DNA of 64,000 bases, taken from positions 13,151-77,150 of the forward strand of contig JAFLTR010000003.1 in assembly GCA_022509205.1 (NCBI GenBank). The letters run 5' to 3'. A program made the position numbers and the translations under genes. Below are positions 39,157 to 47,768 of the stretch, piece by piece. The notes under the pieces were generated by a model. It did not search any database. It saw nothing but the letters and a program-made list of their open reading frames with translations, and had not been told where the DNA came from. Numbering within the stretch: the stretch's first letter is position 1; every line of letters begins with the position of its first letter. Source of the DNA: Muribaculaceae bacterium. GTDB taxonomy: Bacteria; Bacteroidota; Bacteroidia; Bacteroidales; Muribaculaceae.

Positions 39157-39861
39157 ATGAAGCTGTCACTCGAATATCTCAACAGCCGTCACGCCTATTG
39201 GAAAGAAAGAATAGGTGAGGCCGGCATTTGGGAATCAGGCAAATTTGGACCCGTGACGATTGTTATCCGTCCCGATTGTAAAAGCTATAACGGACTGTTC
39301 ATTCGCAAGTATCTGGAATCGGGAGGAAAGCGAAATCTCGTAGACCGAATTTTTATATATAATAAAGTGGAGGATTTCGACCCGGGATTTTTAGACAACA
39401 TCCTGGTGCACGAAATGATCCATCAATATATCATTCAGAATAAGCTGAAAGACCGGGGACCTCACGGCCCCTTGTTCCGTGGGTTTATGCAGCGTATAAA
39501 TGCCGCTTTCGGGGAGGAGCTGAAAATAAGAATCAGCGACAGGAATCCGGGAGTGGCCGATAAGCCAAAGGAGAAGAAGAGGCATCTGCTCCTGGTGATG
39601 CATCTTCACACCGGCTTCAGTTTCTGTAGCGTCATTAATCCCAACCGGATTGTGATGTTTGAGCAGATGGTGAAACGTAATTCGGAGGTATGGAGGGTGA
39701 AGGAACATTACTGGGCTTATTCTGACGACACGCTTTTCAACGACTATAGCCGTTGCACGCGATCGCTCCATGGCATCAAGAAACCTTCGGCAGAAATGGA
39801 GGTCTTCTGTCGTGAGCATGGAGTGGTAAGTGCAGGGTGTAGCCCTAAGAATGCAAAGTGA
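39157..39861 (+). CDS. SprT-like zinc metalloprotease domain protein
   Basis: LVHEMIHQY plus HGPLFRGFMQRIN. Confidence 0.8.
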   Translation: MKLSLEYLNSRHAYWKERIGEAGIWESGKFGPVTIVIRPDCKSYNGLFIRKYLESGGKRNLVDRIFIYNKVEDFDPGFLDNILVHEMIHQYIIQNKLKDRGPHGPLFRGFMQRINAAFGEELKIRISDRNPGVADKPKEKKRHLLLVMHLHTGFSFCSVINPNRIVMFEQMVKRNSEVWRVKEHYWAYSDDTLFNDYSRCTRSLHGIKKPSAEMEVFCREHGVVSAGCSPKNAK

Positions 39862-39965
39862 AAAGAGTGAAAATGAAAAATGAATGGCGTAGGATCGCCG
39901 TGTGCAACGTGTAAATTGGGATTCGCAAAGAATATTTACAAGAGAATATTTAAAGGAATCGACAA

Positions 39966-41807
39966 ATGAAAGACCTGTTTTTGTTTTTAAGGCGGTTCGC
40001 TTCGCCCTATAAATGGAATGTGGCGGGAAGTGTGTTTTTCAACTTCCTGACCATGGGTCTGACTGTCTTCTCTTTCGCATTCATTATGCCGATTTTGCGA
40101 ATCCTCTTCAACCTCGACACAACCAGCTATGTCTGGCAACCATGGGGAAGCGGACAGTTTCAAGACGTGCTTATCAATAATTTCTATTGGTCGGTGACGC
40201 AGATTATCAGTAGCATCGGACCGGTGTGGACTCTCGCCCTGATGGCGGGAGCCCTGATAGTGGCCACATTCCTCAAAGTTATGGCAGCCTATCTGAGCGA
40301 ATACTGCGTCATTCCGATGCGCAACGGAGTAGTGACCGATATCCGAAATCAGATGTATTCCAAGATAGTGTCGCTTCCAATCGGGTTTTACACCCACGAG
40401 CGCAAAGGGGATATAATGTCGCGCCTTCTCGGAGATGTCGGAGAGATTGAAGCTTCGGTGGCTGCAAGTCTCGCCGGATTGTTGAAAAATCCCATACAAA
40501 TAATCGGCTACCTTTTCGTAATGGTGGTGTTAAGCTGGAAACTCACCATTTTCGTCTTTATCCTTTTGCCGATAGCCGGATGGATCATGGGCACCGTCGG
40601 GAAAAAACTCAAGGTCAAATCGCTCGAAGCCCAGAACATGCTCGGCACGATCTTATCCACAGCAGAAGAAACAATCGGAGGCCTTAAAGTAGTGAAAGCT
40701 TTTAACGCCGAGAAACACATGGAAGACGTGTTTCAAGGGGAAACCGACGATTACCGTAAAATTTCCAATTCCATACAGCGACGCTGGAGCCTGGCGCATC
40801 CGATGAGCGAATTTCTGGGCACGATTGCCGTATCGGTGGTGCTGTGGTTCGGCGGGGCAATCATCATAAACGGAGAAACAGCTATCGATGCCCCCGGTTT
40901 CATCTACTATATGGTGATATTCTACAGTATTATCAACCCGGCAAAAGAACTCACAAAAGTAGGTTACACCCTTCGAAAAGGTATGGCGGCCTTGCAGCGA
41001 ATAGACAAAATACTGGGTGCCGAAAATCCGATCAAAGATCCGGAGAATCCCGTTGAAATGCCGAAAGATCTGAAAGATGGTGGAAGTGTGAGTTTCAAGA
41101 ATGTCAGTTTCAGTTATGACGGAGAGAGATATGTGCTTCAAGATATCAATCTGGAAGTGAAAGCCGGGATGACAGTGGCACTCGTCGGACAATCCGGTTC
41201 AGGGAAATCAACGATGGTTGACCTGATCCCGCGCTTCTGGGACGTAGTGCATGGAGAAGTGGAAGTGGAGGGACATCCCGTCGAAGCCTACAATGTGGCC
41301 GATTTGCGGGGAGTGATGGGAATCGTTAATCAGGAACCCATACTCTTCAACGACACTATCTTCAACAATATCGCTTTCGGGAGTCCGGAAGCCACTCTGA
41401 AAGATGTGGAGGAAGCGGCCAAGATAGCGAACGCCTACGAATTTATTATAGACACTGAAGATGGTTTCCAGACCATGGCCGGCGACCGGGGCAGCCGTTT
41501 CTCAGGAGGTCAGCGCCAGAGAATAAGCATAGCCCGTGCAGTGTTAAAAAATCCGCCTATCCTTATCCTCGACGAAGCCACATCTGCGCTCGACACTGAG
41601 AGTGAACGCCTTGTGCAGGAAGCCCTTGAGCGCCTGATGAAAAACCGCACCACCATAGTCGTGGCCCATCGGCTTTCAACCATTGCCAACGCCGACCTTA
41701 TATGTGTGCTTCAGGAGGGCAGGATTGTAGAGAAAGGAACGCATCAGCAACTTATAGAACTCAACGGGGTGTATCGTCATCTCGTGGAAATGCAAAGATT
41801 AAAATAG
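39966..41807 (+). CDS. MsbA-like ABC exporter (TMD+NBD)
   Basis: TM domain, GQSGSGKS, FSGGQRQR, ILDEATSALD, AHRLST. Confidence 0.92.
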   Translation: MKDLFLFLRRFASPYKWNVAGSVFFNFLTMGLTVFSFAFIMPILRILFNLDTTSYVWQPWGSGQFQDVLINNFYWSVTQIISSIGPVWTLALMAGALIVATFLKVMAAYLSEYCVIPMRNGVVTDIRNQMYSKIVSLPIGFYTHERKGDIMSRLLGDVGEIEASVAASLAGLLKNPIQIIGYLFVMVVLSWKLTIFVFILLPIAGWIMGTVGKKLKVKSLEAQNMLGTILSTAEETIGGLKVVKAFNAEKHMEDVFQGETDDYRKISNSIQRRWSLAHPMSEFLGTIAVSVVLWFGGAIIINGETAIDAPGFIYYMVIFYSIINPAKELTKVGYTLRKGMAALQRIDKILGAENPIKDPENPVEMPKDLKDGGSVSFKNVSFSYDGERYVLQDINLEVKAGMTVALVGQSGSGKSTMVDLIPRFWDVVHGEVEVEGHPVEAYNVADLRGVMGIVNQEPILFNDTIFNNIAFGSPEATLKDVEEAAKIANAYEFIIDTEDGFQTMAGDRGSRFSGGQRQRISIARAVLKNPPILILDEATSALDTESERLVQEALERLMKNRTTIVVAHRLSTIANADLICVLQEGRIVEKGTHQQLIELNGVYRHLVEMQRLK

Positions 41808-41813
41808 ATAAAA

Positions 41814-42680
41814 ATGAAAAATATAGCCATTTTTGTATCCGGGAATGGAGAAGCTGCCGAAAGGATTGTAAGGCTTTTCAATGATGGTAACAGAGTCCAC
41901 ACCTCTCTGGTGATAGTTGACGATACAGCTGTCGAATTGCCCGGACGTCTGAATGCGGAAGGTCTGGAAACATTGCATATACCGGATGCCGATTGGCACT
42001 CCCGAAGCGGAGAAGTGGCCCGTCTTTTGAAGGAGAATGAGATTCGCCTTATAGTGCTCGATAATTTTGACCTTGCAATTTCCGACGAAATTATGGAAGC
42101 CACCCAAGGAGAGATTGTCAGGGTTTCCTCTCCTGAACAGGCTCCACGCGAGGTGGTGAATGCATTGGAGGCGGAACTGAGGAAACCGGTGGAAGAAATT
42201 GTAGTGGAAACTCCGGAAGAAGAGGAGAAGACCCCTGAATCGGAATGGGCAGAAGCTTTGAATATCCGCTACACCCCGCCGAAAGTCCCAAACACACCCC
42301 CGGATGTGCCTGAAACTCCCGATTCCCAAAATCCACAATTTCAAAATAATCCCCAATACCAAAATAATTACGGAGGTGAAAGTCCTCGCTTTTGGCAGAA
42401 TCCCTATTATCAACAGTCGCGCCGGCCGGAAAATCATGAAAATTCCGAACCGATGCCGTCTACATGGCTTATCTGGTCGGTCTTAATCACGGTATTCTGT
42501 TGCTTCATACCCGGTATTATAGCGATAATTTACTCCTCACAGGTGAGTTCAAGATATTATGCCGGTGATATTGAAGGTGCACGCCGAGCTTCTCGCAATG
42601 CCGAGATATGGATTATAGTCTCATTTGTGCTCGGAGTTTTGAGCGCTACACTTTATCTTCCTTTCATGCTGATAGGATAA
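41814..42680 (+). CDS. Fusion of a degenerate PurN-like N-terminal domain, Pro/Gln/Asn linker and CD225/dispanin membrane domain
   Basis: MKNIAIFVSGNG...IRLIVL follows the PurN N-half; PSTWLIWSVLITVFCCFIPGIIAIIYSSQV...GDIEGARRAS is the dispanin signature. Confidence 0.8.
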   Translation: MKNIAIFVSGNGEAAERIVRLFNDGNRVHTSLVIVDDTAVELPGRLNAEGLETLHIPDADWHSRSGEVARLLKENEIRLIVLDNFDLAISDEIMEATQGEIVRVSSPEQAPREVVNALEAELRKPVEEIVVETPEEEEKTPESEWAEALNIRYTPPKVPNTPPDVPETPDSQNPQFQNNPQYQNNYGGESPRFWQNPYYQQSRRPENHENSEPMPSTWLIWSVLITVFCCFIPGIIAIIYSSQVSSRYYAGDIEGARRASRNAEIWIIVSFVLGVLSATLYLPFMLIG

Positions 42681-42734
42681 AGTTGAGGAAAAGACAAATT
42701 CACGCTGATAGATCAAAGACAGCTATCAGTTTCT

Positions 42735-43523
42735 TTACGCCACGACCACAGGGATTCCGGTTTCTGTGGTTATTCTTTTTGCTATATCGTTAAGTTCCTC
42801 CTTATCCACCTTCACCAGTTTCTCCTCAGGTGTTGACCGATCGAGACTGTAAATCATTATTTCGCGCGGGCCGATCTCTTTGTAGGCTTTAATCAGGGCC
42901 TCAATCTCGCCGGGAGTGATGTTATCTACCTTTACCCCGTTATGTTCCCCGCGTAGGAACATTGTCTGGATTATACCTGATCCTTTGAACACTTTTAGTC
43001 CCTCCACAACCTTGTCTACCGTGAATGAAGGTGAAGTGGGCCGGTCGATGAGTTTCATAGTCTCGTTTATACCGGAATCAAGCTTCAAAATGTTATTGTC
43101 GGCTTTTTTAAGGGCCTCGGCTACAGACGGTGTGAATATGCGGGTGGAATTAGTGAGCACCGATACCTTGGCATCCGGGAAAAACTCATCTCTTAGAGCA
43201 AGCACATCGTCAAGTATTCCCGGGAAATCCGGATGAAGGGTCGGCTCGCCGTTCCCTGAAAAAGTGATGACATCGAGACTTTCTCCTTTCTCTTTCATTT
43301 CCCGGAGTTTATGTCGCAAGGATTCCCTGACTTCCTCTCTTTTCGGAAGCCCTGATTTTCCTTTCCCCTGGGCATTATACCCGGCCTCGCAATAGAGGCA
43401 ATCGAAAGAACAAACTTTCCCGTCGTTCGGACTTAAGTTGATTCCCAACGACGTGCCCAGACGTCTGCTATGAATCGGTCCGAAAATTGTGGTGTTAAAT
43501 AGCACCCTCTGGTCTTTTCCCAT
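42735..43523 (-). CDS. Radical SAM Fe-S protein
   Basis: FGPIHSRRLGTSLGIN, CSFDCLYC, TFSGNGEPTLHP. Confidence 0.9.
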   Translation of the reverse strand: MGKDQRVLFNTTIFGPIHSRRLGTSLGINLSPNDGKVCSFDCLYCEAGYNAQGKGKSGLPKREEVRESLRHKLREMKEKGESLDVITFSGNGEPTLHPDFPGILDDVLALRDEFFPDAKVSVLTNSTRIFTPSVAEALKKADNNILKLDSGINETMKLIDRPTSPSFTVDKVVEGLKVFKGSGIIQTMFLRGEHNGVKVDNITPGEIEALIKAYKEIGPREIMIYSLDRSTPEEKLVKVDKEELNDIAKRITTETGIPVVVA

Positions 43524-43620
43524 TGCTTATAATTTTTGCTAAATTACAAATTTTCTCTTATATTTGCTCTCTTTAAACACTATCGGTTGCAATGCAAACA
43601 ACCCCAAAATAAAATTCAAT

Positions 43621-44004
43621 ATGAAAAAATTCTTCCAATTCTTAGCCCTATCCCTGATGATGGTCGTAGCAGTGGCTTGCAGTCAGGGTTCCGCAGCAAT
43701 CAACAAGGCTTTCGATGAGGCATGTCAGGCACAATCGGCAGAAAAAGTGGCCACAACCCTTTGCAACGGTCACATCAAATGCTCAACCCTCACTCCCGAT
43801 GAGGCAGCAAAACTCGGAGCCGTTTTAGGCTACATCACCTTCACCGGTATGTATTCGGCCAATTTCAACGCACAGGTGGATATGCATGAGTTTGGTAAAC
43901 TTCTGGATGAATACAAAGCCCTCCAGCTCCGTCAGGATGGCACCGACAAACAGCTCATCGAAGAATACACCAAGCAGATTTTCTCTACACGCACTCTGGA
44001 ATGA
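43621..44004 (+). CDS. Hypothetical lipoprotein
   Basis: MKKFFQFLALSLMMVVAVAC lipoprotein signal; start moved to 43621. Confidence 0.7.
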   Translation: MKKFFQFLALSLMMVVAVACSQGSAAINKAFDEACQAQSAEKVATTLCNGHIKCSTLTPDEAAKLGAVLGYITFTGMYSANFNAQVDMHEFGKLLDEYKALQLRQDGTDKQLIEEYTKQIFSTRTLE

Positions 44005-44013
44005 GCATCGTAA

Positions 44014-44046
44014 ATGAACCATTAGCGGGTCTCATGTTGTTATAAT
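44014..44046 (+). promoter_or_regulatory. Putative ECF-sigma-type promoter (copy 3 of 3)
   Basis: ATGAACC-N18-GTTATAAT upstream of ATG 44083. Confidence 0.5.
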
Positions 44047-44082
44047 AGAGAAAAACATTTAACAATTAAAAAATTCAGGACC

Positions 44083-44397
44083 ATGAGCAAATATCTTATC
44101 AGTTTCGGCGATTCCGACAAATATGAAGTGGATTTCCCCGGCACACTCGATCAGTTTAAGAATTCCGACACCATCAAAGGAATGAAGGAAAAAGTGGAAG
44201 GATTCCTCAAAGATAAATTCCCTATGGGTAATTTTGAAGATATCGTGCCCCTCCATATCGAAGAGGCCGACGGTGGAAACTATGAAAAATTCGACATGGC
44301 AAAGATCAGCGACCTTCTGAAGAATCTCGCAACCCAGATCGGTGTAGAGAAAATCACAGACAAGCTGAATCTTAACGCTCCATTCGATAAGTTATAA
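44083..44397 (+). CDS. Hypothetical protein, 104 aa
   Basis: Fills the intergenic gap, A-rich leader, protein-like composition. Confidence 0.7.
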   Translation: MSKYLISFGDSDKYEVDFPGTLDQFKNSDTIKGMKEKVEGFLKDKFPMGNFEDIVPLHIEEADGGNYEKFDMAKISDLLKNLATQIGVEKITDKLNLNAPFDKL

Positions 44398-44486
44398 AAA
44401 TCACGGAATAAGTTCTTTTAAGTTAGCCGGGTAAGTCGTGCAATACGGCTTACCCTGCCATAGCATATAACATTTCACGCCCTTTG

Positions 44487-46049
44487 ATGCATAGATTTGA
44501 TTTCCTTGTGATTGGAGGCGGCATAGCCGGCATGAGTTTTGCCCTCAAAGCAGCCTCCAAGGGGTCTGTTGCACTTATTTGTAAAACCACTCTCGACGAA
44601 GCCAATACATTCTATGCCCAAGGGGGAGTGGCAAGTGTCACGAATCTTGAAGTCGACGATTTCGAGAAACATATCCACGACACTATGGTGGCCGGCGACT
44701 GGCTCTCCGATCCTGACGCAGTTAGAAAAGTAGTGGAGAACGCCCCCCTGCAGATTCAGGAACTGATAAAATGGGGTGTAGACTTCGACAAAAAAGATGA
44801 CGGAACATTCGACCTTCACAAAGAGGGGGGACATTCGGAATTCCGAATTCTTCACCATGCCGACAACACGGGTGCTGAAATCCAGGAAAGCCTCGTAAAG
44901 AAAGTAAAGACTCATCCCAACATCCAAATCTTTGAAAACCATTTCGCACTGGAAATCATCACCCAACACCATCTTGGGAAGATTGTGACTCGCCGCACTC
45001 CCGATATCACTTGCTATGGCGCCTATGTGCTTGACGAGATTACCGGGAAAGTGGAAAAATTCCTGGCAAAGGTCACAGTGATGGCCACAGGTGGTGTCGG
45101 AGCAGTCTACACCACCACTACCAATCCATTGATTGCCACGGGTGACGGCATCGCAATGGTCTATAGGGCCAAGGGCACTGTCAAGGATATGGAATTCATT
45201 CAGTTCCATCCCACGGCTCTTTATCATCCGGGCGACCGTCCCTCTTTCCTTATCACCGAGGCGATGCGTGGCTACGGGGCAGTGCTCAAAGACCATGAGG
45301 GGAAGGAATTCATGCATAAATACGACCCCCGACTTTCCCTCGCACCCCGCGACATCGTAGCCCGTGCAATCGACTCCGAAATGAAACAGGCGGGCACCGA
45401 TCATGTATATCTCGACGTCACCCACAAGGACCCGGAAGAAACAAAAAAACATTTCCCCAATATCTATGAGAAATGTCTCTCACTGGGTATAGACATCACC
45501 AAAGAAATGATACCCGTGGCTCCGGCCGCCCACTATCTCTGCGGAGGTATAAAGGTGGATCTCAACGGGGAGTCTTCCATCAAACGTCTATATGCCATCG
45601 GGGAATGTAGCTGCACCGGGCTTCATGGAGGCAACCGTCTGGCCAGCAATTCCCTGATAGAGGCTGTGGTTTATGCGGATGCGGCAGCCCGGCATGCCGT
45701 GGAGGCGATCGACGGCTATGATTTTCGCGAAGATGTGCCCGACTGGAACGATGAGGGCACGATGCATCCTGAAGAGATGGTGCTTATAACACAGTCGGAA
45801 AAGGAGGTGAATCAGATCATGGGATATTATGTGGGAATCGTAAGGAGTGACTTGCGACTTGATCGTGCCTGGAACCGCCTCGATATCCTTTATGAAGAGA
45901 CCGAAAAACTCTATAAACAAAGCAAACCGACGCGTGAACTCTGCGAACTCCGCAATATCATCAACGTTGCCTATCTTATAATGCGCCAGGCACGCGACCG
46001 TAAAGAGAGCCGTGGACTGCATTACACGGTGGATTATCCAAAAAAATGA
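44487..46049 (+). CDS. nadB: L-aspartate oxidase
   Basis: IGGGIAG, YAQGG, EGGHS, IQFHPT, LAPRDIVAR, GLHGGNRLASNSL, ESRGLH. Confidence 0.96.
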   Translation: MHRFDFLVIGGGIAGMSFALKAASKGSVALICKTTLDEANTFYAQGGVASVTNLEVDDFEKHIHDTMVAGDWLSDPDAVRKVVENAPLQIQELIKWGVDFDKKDDGTFDLHKEGGHSEFRILHHADNTGAEIQESLVKKVKTHPNIQIFENHFALEIITQHHLGKIVTRRTPDITCYGAYVLDEITGKVEKFLAKVTVMATGGVGAVYTTTTNPLIATGDGIAMVYRAKGTVKDMEFIQFHPTALYHPGDRPSFLITEAMRGYGAVLKDHEGKEFMHKYDPRLSLAPRDIVARAIDSEMKQAGTDHVYLDVTHKDPEETKKHFPNIYEKCLSLGIDITKEMIPVAPAAHYLCGGIKVDLNGESSIKRLYAIGECSCTGLHGGNRLASNSLIEAVVYADAAARHAVEAIDGYDFREDVPDWNDEGTMHPEEMVLITQSEKEVNQIMGYYVGIVRSDLRLDRAWNRLDILYEETEKLYKQSKPTRELCELRNIINVAYLIMRQARDRKESRGLHYTVDYPKK

Positions 46050-47710
46050 AAAAATTACTGTCACTATTGATGCTGGCTACCCTCTCCGCGTTCGGAGTCC
46101 GAGCCCAGCAAACCCCGAGTCCGAGCCATGACGTGAGTGTAAGCCGGAATCTTTCCACATTCAACTCCATTGTTAAGGAACTGGAGATGAACTATGTCGA
46201 CACAATCCGGCCCAAAGAGGCTTTCGGAGCGGCTATAGAAGCTTTCCTTTCGACTGTAGACCCATATACTGAATATTACAGTTCAGACGACCGGAACGAA
46301 CTCACCAAAATCACCACCGGGCAATATGACTACGGTGGTATAGGATCCTATATAATGCAACGCGACGGCAGCTCTTATATCTCCGGTCCGATGGAGGGTG
46401 CGCCGGCTGCCAAAGCAGGTCTGAGATCCGGCGACAAGATAATTCGCGTGGATTCAGTCGACACCTCCAATATGGGATCTTCCGATGTCTCCTCGCGACT
46501 GCGCGGACTTGCAGGAACACCGGTCACAGTAACCGTTAAACGGCCTTTTGTCACTGACTCCATCCTCACATTCGAGTTAATCCGTGCAAAACTTTCCGAT
46601 CCGTCAGTGCCCTATTGGGGAGTAATAGGAGGGAACACCGGATACATACGTCTGACCCAGTTCCTGGCCGACAGCGGCCGTGACGTCAATGAGGCCCTCA
46701 AGGCTTTCAAGGCTAATCCGGAAGTCACCCAGATTGTGCTCGATCTCCGCGGTAATGGTGGCGGCCTCCTGGAATCAGCTGTAGACATCCTCGGAAATTT
46801 CTTGCCCAAGGGTACCGAAGTGTTGCGCACACGTGGAAAAGACAAATCTATGGAAAAGGTCTATAAGACCACAAAAACCCCTATCTATCCCGATATACCT
46901 TTGGCTGTTTTGATCGACGGAGGTTCTGCTTCCTCCTCGGAAATTACAGCAGGCGCACTTCAGGACCTCGACCGCGCAGTGCTGATCGGATCCAGAAGTT
47001 ATGGGAAGGGACTTGTGCAATCCACCCGTCCTCTACCTTTCGACGGTTTGCTCAAGGTGACGGTGGCAAAATACTATATACCATCCGGCCGACTTATCCA
47101 GGCCCTTGACTATTCTCACAGGAATCCCGACGGCTCGGTGGGCCGCACTCCCGACTCCCTCACCAATGTCTATCACACACTCCATGGACGTGAAGTAAGG
47201 GATGGTGGTGGTCTGACCCCCGATATCTCGATCGATTGGGGAAGAGTCAGTCCCTTGCTTTATAACCTTGTAAGCGATAACAAGGTATTCGATTTTGCAA
47301 CCAAATATGCCAATACCCACGACTCTATTCCGGGTGCATGGGAATTTGAAGTGACAGATGAGCTCTTCGAGGAATTCAAAAACAGCCTCGATGTATCCAC
47401 CCTCCAATACGATAAGGTGATGGATCAGTTGCTCAAGCAGTTGCGTGAAACGGCCGAAGCGGAAGGTTATCTCACCGAGGAGGCGGCAGCTGCAATCGAC
47501 ACCTTGTCTCCCCTCCTCTCAAATGATGTTAACCAGGATCTTGACAACAAGCGTGAGGAGATTGCCGAATATTTGGGTGGCGAGATTGCAAGCCGTTATT
47601 ATTTTGAAAACGGCCGACTGATCCAGACCCTAAAGCAAGACAAGGCCCTGAAGACAGCGATGGAAACCCTCTCGGATCCCGTTAAACTCAAAGAGATCTT
47701 AGGAAGATAA
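46046..47710 (+). CDS. S41 carboxy-terminal processing protease with PDZ domain
   Basis: DPYTEY, GGIG, LDLRGNGGGLL, SASSSEI, SYGKGLVQ. Confidence 0.93.
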   Translation: MKKLLSLLMLATLSAFGVRAQQTPSPSHDVSVSRNLSTFNSIVKELEMNYVDTIRPKEAFGAAIEAFLSTVDPYTEYYSSDDRNELTKITTGQYDYGGIGSYIMQRDGSSYISGPMEGAPAAKAGLRSGDKIIRVDSVDTSNMGSSDVSSRLRGLAGTPVTVTVKRPFVTDSILTFELIRAKLSDPSVPYWGVIGGNTGYIRLTQFLADSGRDVNEALKAFKANPEVTQIVLDLRGNGGGLLESAVDILGNFLPKGTEVLRTRGKDKSMEKVYKTTKTPIYPDIPLAVLIDGGSASSSEITAGALQDLDRAVLIGSRSYGKGLVQSTRPLPFDGLLKVTVAKYYIPSGRLIQALDYSHRNPDGSVGRTPDSLTNVYHTLHGREVRDGGGLTPDISIDWGRVSPLLYNLVSDNKVFDFATKYANTHDSIPGAWEFEVTDELFEEFKNSLDVSTLQYDKVMDQLLKQLRETAEAEGYLTEEAAAAIDTLSPLLSNDVNQDLDNKREEIAEYLGGEIASRYYFENGRLIQTLKQDKALKTAMETLSDPVKLKEILGR

Positions 47711-47768
47711 GTTCACAGGACCGCTCCATGCAGCGTGGAACAAACCTATCCGGGATGCAATTGGACAG

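Noticed and set aside
39929-39952. AGAATATTTA direct repeat before the ABC exporter
   Set aside because: Short, low complexity, no other support
44475-45452. 325-aa antisense ORF
   Set aside because: Shadow of nadB
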